NCBI GenBank assembly: GCA_963761645.1
Contig: CAVXIG010000070.1
Location: 81,663 to 145,662, forward strand
DNA length: 64,000 nt
Source of the DNA: an uncultured Acidobacteriota bacterium
GTDB lineage: Bacteria > Acidobacteriota > Thermoanaerobaculia > Multivoradales > UBA5704
Direction of reading: 5' to 3'
Shown: positions 36,983-46,064 of the stretch, piece after piece
How the letters are laid out: each line of letters begins with the position of its first letter
Numbering within the stretch: the stretch's first letter is position 1
Program-made: the position numbers and the translations under genes
The notes under the pieces: model-generated
Told to the model about the DNA's origin: nothing
The model's database searches: none
What the model saw: only the letters and a program-made list of their open reading frames with translations

Positions 36983-37727
36983 TCACTGAATCAGGAAGCC
37001 GTACCTCGTGAAAGATCGCCAGGGCGGCCGGGGACTCCAGGTAGGCCAGGAAGCGGCGGGCCGCTTCCCGCCGCTTCGATCCGGCGATCACCGCGAACGG
37101 GTAGGAGATCCGCGGCCCCTCGGCGCGCGGCACCTCGAAAGCGACCCGGACCTTCCTCGAGATCCCCGCGTCCGTCCTGTAGACGATCCCGGCGTCGGCG
37201 TTGCCGGTCTCGACCGCCGCCAGCGCTCCCCGCACGTTCTCGGTCGGCACCACCCGGTCGATCACCTGGTCCCACAGCTTCAGCCCGCGCAGATACTCCT
37301 TGGCATAGATCCCCGCGGGAACGGATTGCGGCTCGGCGAGCGCCAGATGGCGGATTCCGGGGTTCACGAGGTCGGCCGGCGAGGCGATCCGGAGCGTGCT
37401 GTCCGCCGGCACGACCACGACCAGCGTGTTGGACAGGACGCTCCGGCGGGTCCCCGCGAGCACCCGTCCACGCTTCTCCAGCGCGTCCATCTTGGCCTCG
37501 TCCGCCGACAGGAAGAGGTCTACCGGAGCCCCCTCCTCGATCTGGCGGGCGAGAGCGCTCGACGCCCCGAGGTTGAGCACGATCGTGTCCCCGCCCGAGC
37601 TCTCGTAGGCGGTCTTGATCTCCTGAAGAGCGTCGGTGAGGCTCGCCGCCGCCGCGACGTTCAGCTCGGCGGCGCCGAGCCGGCCGGCGAGGGTGGCCAG
37701 GACCAGGACGAGAAAAAATCTCTTCAT
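36983..37727 (-). CDS. modA: Molybdate ABC transporter periplasmic protein
   Basis: AAASL.DA, GASS.LA.QI..GAP.D.F.SA, P.SVPAG.YA, NVR..L..VE.G.ADAGIVY.TD; likely end F.RYGF after a 1-base break. Confidence 0.88.
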
Positions 37728-37744
37728 CTTCAATCCCCTTCTTC

Positions 37745-37937
37745 CTAGAAAATGATCTGCAACCGGGCCAGCACCTTGTCCTGGGATTCGAGCGTTCCGG
37801 CCTTGACGCGCAGGTAGTCGAGCATCAGCTTCAGGTCGTGCCCCTTGAGATACCAGTTGACCCCCAGGGTGCTGGTGTCGGTCTCGTCCTTCTCCACGTC
37901 GTCCCGGGGATCGAAGGGGCGCAAGAAACTTCTTCAT
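37745..37937 (-). pseudogene. Internally deleted OprO/OprP-like anion porin
   Basis: RBS + MKKFLA start joined out of frame to the porin C-terminus FDP....D....TLGVNWYLKGHDLKLMLDY...RLQIIF*. Confidence 0.65.
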
Positions 37938-38244
37938 GACCTGACCTCCTTGTCGTCATCGTGTCCAGGATTGAGCCGTCGATCCCAGGATAGGAAAGAC
38001 ATGCCTGTCAACGAGCCAATCGGTCAGGCCGGTTTGGGAACATGGAGGACGCCGCGCGGTTCCGGCGGCGGTCCGCCCTCTTCATCGACGAGAGGGGCGA
38101 GGAGAGCCTCCGCCAGGGTGATCCTCGGCAAGGGCGCGGCGGGAGGGGTCGAGACGGAGTGAAAGCAGCAGAGCGAGAAGCCGGTCGCCGGAATCCCGCA
38201 GGGATTCGAGCGGAGCGGCGACCCGTCATCCTTTCTTTATACCA

Positions 38245-38276
38245 CCTTGCGATGAAAGGCGTTGGCGCTGCCCTCC
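38245..38276. repeat. 32-bp direct repeat, copy 1
   Basis: CCTTGCGATGAAAGGCGTTGGCGCTGCCCTCC; one mismatch to the copy at 38939-38970. Confidence 0.9.
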
Positions 38277-38378
38277 CTGAGAAGCTCTGTCAAAGCCTCT
38301 TTCGTAGGGAGGGGCTTGTGGGCTTGTCCCCCCGACCCGATCGGCCACCCCTCCCCCGGTTGCGGCCACCGATAGCAC

Positions 38379-38609
38379 GGCTGCGCCCACTGATCGCGCG
38401 GTAGCGCCCAAGAGAGGGAAGGCACCGCCCCCTGGAGGAACGAAAGCGCCCTCTCTTTTCCCCTTCGCGCCCTCTCTCACCCCGACAGCGCCCAGGCGAG
38501 GGATGCCCGCGCCCTCTCTTACCCCGGCAGCGCCCTCTGGAGGGACGGCTCCGCCCAAGTGAGGGACGACAGCGGGAAGCAGAGGGCGCACACCGCCCTC
38601 TCTTGGGAT
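38379..38609. repeat. Degenerate 21-bp tandem array with GCGCCC core, about 11 units
   Basis: ggtagcgcccaagagagggaa / gaaagcgccctctcttttccc / ggcagcgccctctggagggac etc. in strict 21-nt register. Confidence 0.8.
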
Positions 38610-38709
38610 CGAGCACGGTATGAGAGGGCGCGGCCGGAAAACCGTTCGGCGCCATCACGGAAGCGAGGGGCAGAGACAGCGGCCGGGTGGGCGCACCCGC
38701 GGATGGAAG

Positions 38710-38898
38710 GGGCGCAGACGGAGAGCCCGCAAGCGCGGACGGAGAGCCAATGGGCGCAGACAGAGAGCCCGCAAGCGCAGACGGAGAGCCAATGGGCGCA
38801 GACAGAGAGCCCGCAAGCGCAGACAGAGAGCCCGTGGGCGAAGACGGAGAGCCTGTGGGCGAAGACGGAGAGCCCGTGGGCGAAGACGGAGAGCCCGT
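38710..38898. repeat. 21-bp tandem array, 9 well-conserved units (GGGCGCAGACGGAGAGCCCGT-like)
   Basis: Directly visible; part has a 42-bp alternating superperiod; more degenerate units extend leftwards. Confidence 0.92.
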
Positions 38899-38907
38899 GG
38901 GGCGCGG

Positions 38908-38940
38908 AAAAAAGGCGGAGCCGGGCTCGCGCCCGGCTCC
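38908..38940 (-). terminator. Rho-independent terminator of the small gene ending at 38970
   Basis: Minus strand GGAGCCGGGC-GCGA-GCCCGGCTCC-GCC-TTTTTT. Confidence 0.8.
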
Positions 38941-38970
38941 TTGCGATGGAAGGCGTTGGCGCTGCCCTCC
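38939..38970. repeat. 32-bp direct repeat, copy 2
   Basis: CCTTGCGATGGAAGGCGTTGGCGCTGCCCTCC. Confidence 0.9.
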
Positions 38971-39485
38971 TAAACGTCCGGCGAACGCTTGGTCCCATAC
39001 CGGATCACGGCCTGAAGATCCCGGATCGCCGGCCCCAGGCTGTCGGTGAGGACGCATTCGATGACCGAGCGGATCTCCGTCGAGATGTCGTTCTCATCCT
39101 CATCGGCCTCGCTCCCGGCCGCCGCCCCGGTCAGCGCACCCTCCGGCGGGTCCAGGCTTTTGTGGATCTCCCTCATTTCCTTCTCGACGGCTTTCAGCTT
39201 CTCCATCATTTCCTTCAACTGCGCCTGGGCGGCGGCTTCCGTCTCGCTGGCCGCTCTGTTCTGTCGGGTCATTCGAAGCTCTCCTTGTGGGCTGATCGCG
39301 ATCCCCCTCGGGTCGTTCCCCAGACTCCAGAGCCGGCGGGTCACCTGGAGACAGCCCGGGCAGCCCGTCAGCAGGTGGCGGACGACCTCCCGCGCCTCGT
39401 CCCTTGGCAGCTCGCCGCGAAAGAGGCCGGCCAGTTGTTCCGCGGAGGGCTCGGGCCGGGGGTGTCCTCCGTTCCGAATCGCCAT
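38970..39485 (-). CDS. zf-HC2/ZAS-like mini-domain followed in frame by a ~100-aa helical hypothetical protein with its own RBS/ATG at 39272
   Basis: PSAEQL..LFRGEL...EAREVVRHLLTGCPGC; AAGGAG-N8-ATG at 39272 starts MTRQNRAASE...STEIRSVIECVLTDSLGPAIRDL. Confidence 0.7.
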   Translation of the reverse strand: MAIRNGGHPRPEPSAEQLAGLFRGELPRDEAREVVRHLLTGCPGCLQVTRRLWSLGNDPRGIAISPQGELRMTRQNRAASETEAAAQAQLKEMMEKLKAVEKEMREIHKSLDPPEGALTGAAAGSEADEDENDISTEIRSVIECVLTDSLGPAIRDLQAVIRYGTKRSPDV

Positions 39486-39656
39486 GCCGGAGACGGTAAA
39501 GAGAGCCGAGCCGCTCACCAACGCGGAGTGGACGCTTTCGCGGCGCAGTGCTGGAGATTCGTTTCCCGCGGGGAGCATGATTTTCTGTCATTCGGTGTCA
39601 CGAAAGAGCGGCCTCCGGCAACCTTGCTTATTGAGAAGGACGCCCAAGGAGACCGC

Positions 39657-41135
39657 ATGCCACGAGAAGCCCTGCCGGACCTGAGCATCGCCCTGACCTT
39701 CCTCCGTTCCGGCCAGGGGTGGAGCCAGGCGGATCTGGGGAAAGCCGCGGGGATCTCTCTGAAGATCCTCAACGACTACGAGCGGGGGCGGAAGACGCTC
39801 ACCCGCGAGCGGCTGGAGTACCTCGCCGCCTTCCTGGGAGTGCCGCCCGAGAGGATCGACGCCACCCTCGCCCTCCTGGCCGCCAACCGGGCGTCCAGCT
39901 TGGCGCGGGATTCGGAGACGCACCGCCGGATCGAGACCGTCGCCGCCCGGATCGGAAACCTGATGGCCGCCTCCGCCCGCTCGTCCCTCTCGCTGCTGAC
40001 CCTGGAGGGGGAGGCGCTCCAGGCCCGGCAGAAGGCCGGGCTCCTCTGGGACCGCCTGCGGCGGCGCGCGCCCGCGGAACGGCGGAGCCTGGTGAGCCGC
40101 GGGCTCAGGTTCCGGACCTGGGCGCTCTGCGAGCGGGTGGCCGCCGAGAGCATCCGGAAAGCGCCGAACCACCCCCGGGAAGCGTTGGAGCTGGCCGAGC
40201 TGGCCCTCCTGATCGCCGAGCAACTCCCCGGAGAACGGACTTGGAGCCTGCGGCTCCAGGGCTATGCCTGGGCCCATGTGAGCAATGCCCGGCGCGTTTG
40301 CAACGACCTGAACGGGGCCGAGGACGCCATGGTCCGGGCTCGAAAGCTCTGGGAGGCCGGGGAGGGCGGAGACCCGGGATTCCTGAATGAGGCGTGGTTG
40401 CCGGGGCTTGAGGCGGCCCTTCGCAGAAGCCAGCGGCGGTTCCCAGAGGCTCTGAAGCGGATTGACGAGGCCCTTGCGCTTGACCCGGGAGAGCTGAGAG
40501 GGGAGATCCTCCTCAACAAGGCACGGATCCACGAAACTCTGGGCGATCCGGAATCCTCGACGGCGGCTCTTCTGGAAGCCGCCTCTTTGATTGATCCCCT
40601 CAAAGAGCCTCGGAGCGCATTGGTTCTGCGATTCAACCTAATCGTGGATCTGTGTCATTTGGACCGAGCTGCGGAAGCACAGTTGAGACTTCCCGAAGTG
40701 CGGGCACTGGCCGAGCGGCTGGGTGAGGAACTGGACCTGACGCGCGTCGTCTGGCTGGAGGGCAAGGTTACCGCCGGGCTCGGACAGCTCGCGGAGGCCC
40801 GAAGGGCCTTCGAGCAAGTGCGGCGGGTGTTCGGACGCCGCGAGCTGACCTTCGACTATGCGCTGGTGAGCCTGGAGCTGGCCGTGCTCCTCCTGGAACA
40901 GGGGCATACCACCGAGGTGGGGGCGCTGGCGGAGGAGATGCTGCGGATTTTCCGGACCCAGAAGATCGAGCGGGAGGCCCTGGTGGCGCTCCACCTCTTC
41001 TGCGACGCCGCCCACCGGGAGACCGCCACGGTGGGCCTGGCCCGGCAGCTCGTCCGCTTCCTCCACCGGGCCCAGTACGATCCCGGGCTGCGGTTCGCGG
41101 GAACGGTGAAGGACCTTATGGCAGCAGAAACGTAG
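39657..41135 (+). CDS. XRE-family HTH + TPR-repeat regulator (492 aa)
   Basis: RBS AAGGAG; LRSGQGWSQADLGKAAGIS...YERG (HTH_3), then TPR-like helices (AWAHVSNARRV..DL.GAE, RRFPEAL..ID.AL, WLEGKV.AGLG...EA..AF). Confidence 0.85.
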   Translation: MPREALPDLSIALTFLRSGQGWSQADLGKAAGISLKILNDYERGRKTLTRERLEYLAAFLGVPPERIDATLALLAANRASSLARDSETHRRIETVAARIGNLMAASARSSLSLLTLEGEALQARQKAGLLWDRLRRRAPAERRSLVSRGLRFRTWALCERVAAESIRKAPNHPREALELAELALLIAEQLPGERTWSLRLQGYAWAHVSNARRVCNDLNGAEDAMVRARKLWEAGEGGDPGFLNEAWLPGLEAALRRSQRRFPEALKRIDEALALDPGELRGEILLNKARIHETLGDPESSTAALLEAASLIDPLKEPRSALVLRFNLIVDLCHLDRAAEAQLRLPEVRALAERLGEELDLTRVVWLEGKVTAGLGQLAEARRAFEQVRRVFGRRELTFDYALVSLELAVLLLEQGHTTEVGALAEEMLRIFRTQKIEREALVALHLFCDAAHRETATVGLARQLVRFLHRAQYDPGLRFAGTVKDLMAAET

Positions 41136-41179
41136 AAGCGGGGCTTGTCCCAATACAGTTCATTGAAGGCGATTTCTTA

Positions 41180-41449
41180 CGTAGGGGAGGGGCTTGTCCC
41201 CTCCCTCGCCCCGGAGGGGCGGAATTTGATTAGCCTGGCGCTTTAGCGCCAGGTAGGCCGCCCGAAAATCCCAACCCGCCCTGAAGGGGCGGAACCCAAC
41301 GTTCCTGGTACTAATGGACCGTTGATGAAAGGCACCGCCCCCTCGGGGCGGATATGGGGGGGTGGGGAATGCTCACCTGGCGCTAAAGCGCCAGGCTAAT
41401 CAAATTCCGCCCCTCTGGGGCGAGGGAGGGGACAAGCCCCTCCCCTACG
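41180..41449. repeat. Nested REP doublet (REPIN-like) with 75-bp inverted arms
   Basis: 41180-41254 is the near-perfect reverse complement of 41375-41449; outer GTAGGGGAGGGGCTTGTCCCCTCCC GTAG-type REP plus inner CCTGGCGCTTTAGCGCCAGG hairpin. Confidence 0.88.
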
Positions 41450-41493
41450 AATACGAAAAAGTTCCGCGGGCCGGGGGTGAGGCTTCGGAGGAT

Positions 41494-41836
41494 CTAATGG
41501 CTCGCCGAGCACCGGCCCCAAGGCTCGAGCCCGCAACCCGCCTCGGCGTCCTGGGTCGGAGCGCTCGCCCCACACCGTCCCAACGGATCGATCCCGCAGC
41601 CCTCCTTGGTCGGCATGGGTCGGAGCGCTCGCCCCACACTGGCCCCAGGGGTTGATCGTGCAGCCGGCCTTGGCCAAACCGTCCACGGCGAGACGCCACA
41701 GGGGGGCGAACACGCCGGCGGCGCTCCCGGCGGCGGGACGGGACGCCGCCTCCGGACGGGCTTTCGCGGCGAACGCGGAGGTTCCGAGGCTGAGCGCGAG
41801 GAGGATCAGGACGGCTGCTGTGCGGAGGATTCGCAT
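41494..41836 (-). CDS. Secreted peptide precursor with three Cys-bracketed repeats (about 113 aa after removing one extra base near 41615)
   Basis: RBS AAGGAG; signal peptide MRILRTAAVLILLALSLGTSAFA; cores KAGCTINPWGQC, KEGCGIDPLGRC, EAGCGLEPWGRC; TAG at 41494. Confidence 0.75.
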
Positions 41837-41974
41837 GACCGGCTCCTTTCGGGAGGCGGCTCGCCCGCGGTCTTCATTGGCCGCGAAGCCGGCCTCTCCA
41901 GATGAATCGTGCGCGAAACAGGGTGGACGGACCCGCCGTCCGAGCGATGTGGCGGCACTGAACAGGAGGATACG

Positions 41975-42754
41975 TTGGAAAACGCCGACAAGAACGATCC
42001 CGACGCGCGGCTGGCCCTGGTCTTGTTCCGCAACTCCCTGCTTCTGGATCAGGCCCGGTTCGCCGCCGCCGCCCGCATCGCGCCGAGCCAGCTCTCGGTC
42101 TACGAGCGGGGGGAACGGGGTACGCCGAGGGAGGTCCTGGAAAAAGCCGCCGCGGCGGCGGGTTTCCCCGTCCACCTGCTCGACTCCCTGCTCTGGGGGT
42201 TCCGCTCCTACCGGGCCGCGGCGCGGGGGAGGTCCCGCGCCAATCGCGCCTTGGCGGACGGCGTCGCCGTCGAGCTGATCGCGCTGGTGCGGTCGGCGAT
42301 CGACATCGCCCTCGAACCCCTCGCGGCGGCGCCCGGGGAGGGAACCGCCCCGCCGGACGCCGGGGACCGCGAGGCGGCGGCGGCGCTCTGGGCTTCCATG
42401 GCGGAGTGCACCCCGGCGGAACGCCGGATGCTGGTCGAGGAGCTGGACGAATACCAGAGTTGGGCCCTCTGCGAGCAGGTGGCCGCCGAGAGCGCCCGCA
42501 AGGCGCCGGACCATCCCGGAGAGGCGCTGGAGCTGGCCGCGCTGGCCCTGCTCATCGCGGAGCGGATGGCCGGGGAATCCGAGTGGAGCCTGCGGGTCCA
42601 GGGGTACGCCTGGGCCCACGTCGGCAACGCCCGCCGAGCCTGCGACGACCCGGCGGGCGCCGGGGAGGCGTTCCGCCGCGCCCGGCAGCTCTGGGAGGCC
42701 GGCGCCGCCGCGGATCCGGGGCTCCTGAGCGAGGCATGGCGCGCCTGGGCCTGA
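41975..42754 (+). CDS. XRE-HTH + partial TPR regulator, short paralog of 39657-41135
   Basis: AGGAGG + TTG start; LDQARFAAAARIAPSQLSVYERG; WALCEQVAAES.RKAP.HP.EALELA.LALLIAE...GYAWAHV.NARR nearly identical to the long paralog. Confidence 0.8.
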   Translation: MENADKNDPDARLALVLFRNSLLLDQARFAAAARIAPSQLSVYERGERGTPREVLEKAAAAAGFPVHLLDSLLWGFRSYRAAARGRSRANRALADGVAVELIALVRSAIDIALEPLAAAPGEGTAPPDAGDREAAAALWASMAECTPAERRMLVEELDEYQSWALCEQVAAESARKAPDHPGEALELAALALLIAERMAGESEWSLRVQGYAWAHVGNARRACDDPAGAGEAFRRARQLWEAGAAADPGLLSEAWRAWA

Positions 42755-42830
42755 GGGCAGGGCCTGTTTATGCAGAAACCTTGATGGTTCAACCTTTGCA
42801 GAAAAAAATCCGGACTGGAGGTAAGTAATC

Positions 42831-43423
42831 TTGGACGCAAGCTGTACAGCACCGGGTTCCAATGCATCGATCGACCAGGAAGAGCTTCTGATGACGCGGG
42901 TAGCCAAAGGGGATCGCGAGGCATTCACAGAGCTTTTCGACCGTCTGGCCCCCTGCATCCTGGGGGTCCTGGTCCGCCTCTTGCGCCAGCGCGGCCTGGC
43001 CGAGGAGGCTCTCCAGGAGACTTTTTTACAAGCTGGTTGCAAGCTGGCAACTACCGGCCCGAGGCGGGGTCCCCCCGCGCGTGGCTCCTGAACATCGCGC
43101 GGTCGCGCGGGCTTGACGCCCTGCGGCGGGAGGGTTCGCGGCGGCGGCGGGAGGACGCGGTCTTTGTCCAGGAGCCGAAAGCCCAGGAAGCCGTGGGCGT
43201 CTCCCGTCTGGAGGCGCTCGAGCGGCAGGCCCGGGTCCGTGAGGAGCTCGGCCATCTGGCGCCGGCGCAGCAGGAATGCCTGACCCTCGCCTTCGTCGAG
43301 GAGCTCCCCCACACCGCCATCGCCCGGAGGCTGTCGATGCCGCTGGGATCGGTGAAGTCGCGGGTGCGGCTGGGGATGCGGAAGCTGGGGCGGATGCTGG
43401 AGGCGGCGCCGGCGCGGGCCTGA
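42831..43423 (+). CDS. ECF sigma factor, SigK-like (frame break near 43035)
   Basis: GGAGG + TTG; RVA.GDREAF.ELFDR, AEEALQETFLQ.., WLL.IARSR.LD.LR, PLGSVKSRVRLGMRKL. Confidence 0.85.
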
Positions 43424-43440
43424 GAGGGTGTCTCGCGAGT

Positions 43441-43651
43441 GAGCCCCGCAGGGGCGCGGGCGTAAAGCCTGGGGTTTCAACCCCAGGTATGAGACACCAC
43501 CTCCCTCCAGGAGCCCCGAAGGGGCGCAGGCAGCCAACTGGTCAGTCCCCGCTGCCGGTTGCCTGCGCCCCTTCGGGGCTCGATGGGGTTGGGGTGACTC
43601 GCTTCCTGGGGTTGAAACCCCAGGCTTTATGCCAACGCCCCTGCGGGGCTC
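43441..43651. repeat. Inverted REP pair between convergent genes
   Basis: GAGCCCCGCAGGGGC..AGCCTGGGGTTTCAACCCCAGG ... CCTGGGGTTGAAACCCCAGGCT..GCCCCTGCGGGGCTC. Confidence 0.85.
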
Positions 43652-43660
43652 ACTCCCCTC

Positions 43661-45797
43661 CTACATCCGAGGCATCCGGCACGTATCCCCGCCCGCCGCG
43701 GGCAGGTAGCACTCCCTGACGTAGTCCATCACCATGCGGTCGGCGTTGTAGCGCCAGGCGAGGGTGCGCATGGCGCGCTTGACGCGGGCCATCCAGCCGC
43801 TCGGCACGCCCAGGTCGTTGCGCTCGTAGTAGAGCGGGCACGACCTCTTTTTCCAGCACCTCGAAGAGGAAGCGGGCGTCCTGCTCGTCCTGGATCTCGG
43901 GGTTGGCGTGGATCTCGCCGTTGCCGATCGCGAAGCCGTTGCCGCCGTCGTACCCCTCGGCCCACCAGCCGTCGAGGATCGAGCAGTTGAGCACGCCGTT
44001 CAGGATGCACTTCTCGCCGCTGGTGCCGCAGGCCTCCAGCGGGCGCCGGGGGGTGTTGAGCCAGACGTCCACCCCCTGCACGAGCTGCCGGCCGACGTGC
44101 ATGGTGTAGTTCTCGATGAACACGACCTTGCGCGCGAAGCGGGGGTCCTTCGCCAGGTTCGCCACCCGCTGGGCCAGCGCCTTGCCGCCGGTGTCGCGCG
44201 GATGCGCCTTGCCGGCGTAGACGATCTGCACCGGCCGCTCGGGGTTGTTGAGCAGGCGGTCGAGGCGGTCGAGGTCCTGGAACAGCAGGTCGGCCCGCTT
44301 GTAGGTGGCGAAGCGGCGGGCGAAGCCGAGGGTGAGCGCCTCGGGGTCGAGCGGCTCGTGCTCCGGCGCGGCCATCCCCAGCCGCTCGCGGCGGTCGGCG
44401 AGGCGGCGGCGGGCGAAGGCGATCAGCCGCGCCTTGAGCACCTGATGGACCTCCCAGAGCTCGGCGTCGCGCACCTTGTCGATCTTCGTCCAGAGGTCGG
44501 CGTGGGAGATGCGGTCGAGCCAGCGCGGCCCCAGGTGCTCGAGCAGGAGCGAGTACATGTCGGTCGCCATCCAGGTGCGGGCGTGGATGCCGTTGGTGAT
44601 GTGGCCGATCGGCACCTCCTCCTCGGTCTTGCCGGGGTAGAGCTCTTGCCACATCTCGCGCGACACCCGGCCGTGGAGGGCCGAGACGCCGTTGGAGCGG
44701 CGGGTGAGCTTGAGCGCCAGCACGGTCGGGCAGAACGGCGCGTTGGCGTCCCCGGGGTGCTCGGAGCCGAGGGCCATCACCTCGTGGAGCGGCATCCTGA
44801 GCCCGCGGGCGAGCGCTTCCAGGTGGGAGCTGGCAAGATCGGCCCGGAAGCGGTCGTGCCCGGCCTCGACCGGGGTATGGGTGGTGAAGCAGCTCGTCGC
44901 CGCCACCTCGCGCAGGGCCTCGGCGGGCTCGATCCCCTCGCTCTCGACGAGACCGCGGGCGCGCTCGAGCAGGGCGAAGGCGGAGTGCCCCTCGTTGAGG
45001 TGCAGCACCGAGGGCTTGACGCCCACCACCCCCAGCGCCCGGTAGCCGCCGACGCCGAGCAGGATCTCCTGCTGGATCCGCATCTCCTGGTCGCCGCCGT
45101 AGAGGCGGGCGGTCAGCGCCTGGTCCTCCGGCGTGTTGGCGTCGTCGCGGGCGTCGAGCAGCAGGAGCTTGCTGCGCCCGACGTTCACCCGCCAGATGCG
45201 CAGGAAGACGTCACGCCCGGGGAGCTCGACGCTGAAGCGCACCGGCTGGCCGCCGGCCCCGAGCACCGGCTCGGCGGGCAGCTCGGCGCCGGAGATCGGC
45301 TCGTAGAGGTCCTGCTGCCAGCCGTTCTCGTCGATCAACTGGTGGACGTAGCCCTCGTGGTAGAGCAGGCCGACGCCGACGACCGGCGCCCCCAGGTCGC
45401 TCATGCTCTTCAGGTGGTCCCCCGCCAGCACGCCGAGGCCGCCCGAGTAGATGGGCAGCGACTGGTGGATGCCGAACTCGGCCGAGAAGTAGGCGACCGG
45501 CCGGGCGAGGATCGGGCCGGCGTGGACCACCCCCCAGCTCTCGCCGCCGTGGAGATAGCTCTGCAGCCGGCGGTGGGCCTGGTTGATGCGGGTCTGCATC
45601 TCCAGGTCGTGCACCCGGCGGGCGATGTCCTCGGGGGGGACCCGCTGCAGGAGGGCGACGGGATTGTGGTAGACGAGGCTCCAGGTCTCCGGATCGAGCT
45701 CGCGGAAGATGGCGCGGATATCGGGCTGCCAGGACCACCAGAGGTTCTGGGCCAATTCATTGAGTTTCTGAAAAGTTCCGTCGATCGGTTCGTTCAT
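43661..45797 (-). CDS. glgP: Alpha-glucan (glycogen/maltodextrin) phosphorylase (frame break near 43840)
   Basis: NLWWSW, YFSAEFG, YSGGLG.LAGD, HLNEGH, FARRFATYKR, GKAHP, EACGTSG.K. Confidence 0.92.
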
Positions 45798-46064
45798 TCG
45801 TCAGCTCCGTCGCAAGGGAAGGGGGAATATACCCCAAGGGGCGCAACGGGTGTCTCGACGGTTGCGGCGTCCTGCGCTCCTGCGACGCAGTCTCCACCCT
45901 TCTTTGTACCCAAACAGCGAAACAGGCTCATAATGGGCAGGGGCAAAAGCTTGAATTAGTTCCCGCGCTTAAGTAGGCTTTCGGGTTCGCGGGGACGCAG
46001 GCCCCCCCCCCCCGTTGAAATGACGTTGAAAGTACAACAGGGTTGTTGGTGGGGTGCCGTGTCC

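Noticed and set aside
38559-39656. N-terminal extension of the 858-aa ORF (AQTESPQ repeats)
   Set aside because: Reads through the 21-bp array, a terminator and opposite-strand genes; the real start is the RBS-preceded ATG at 39657
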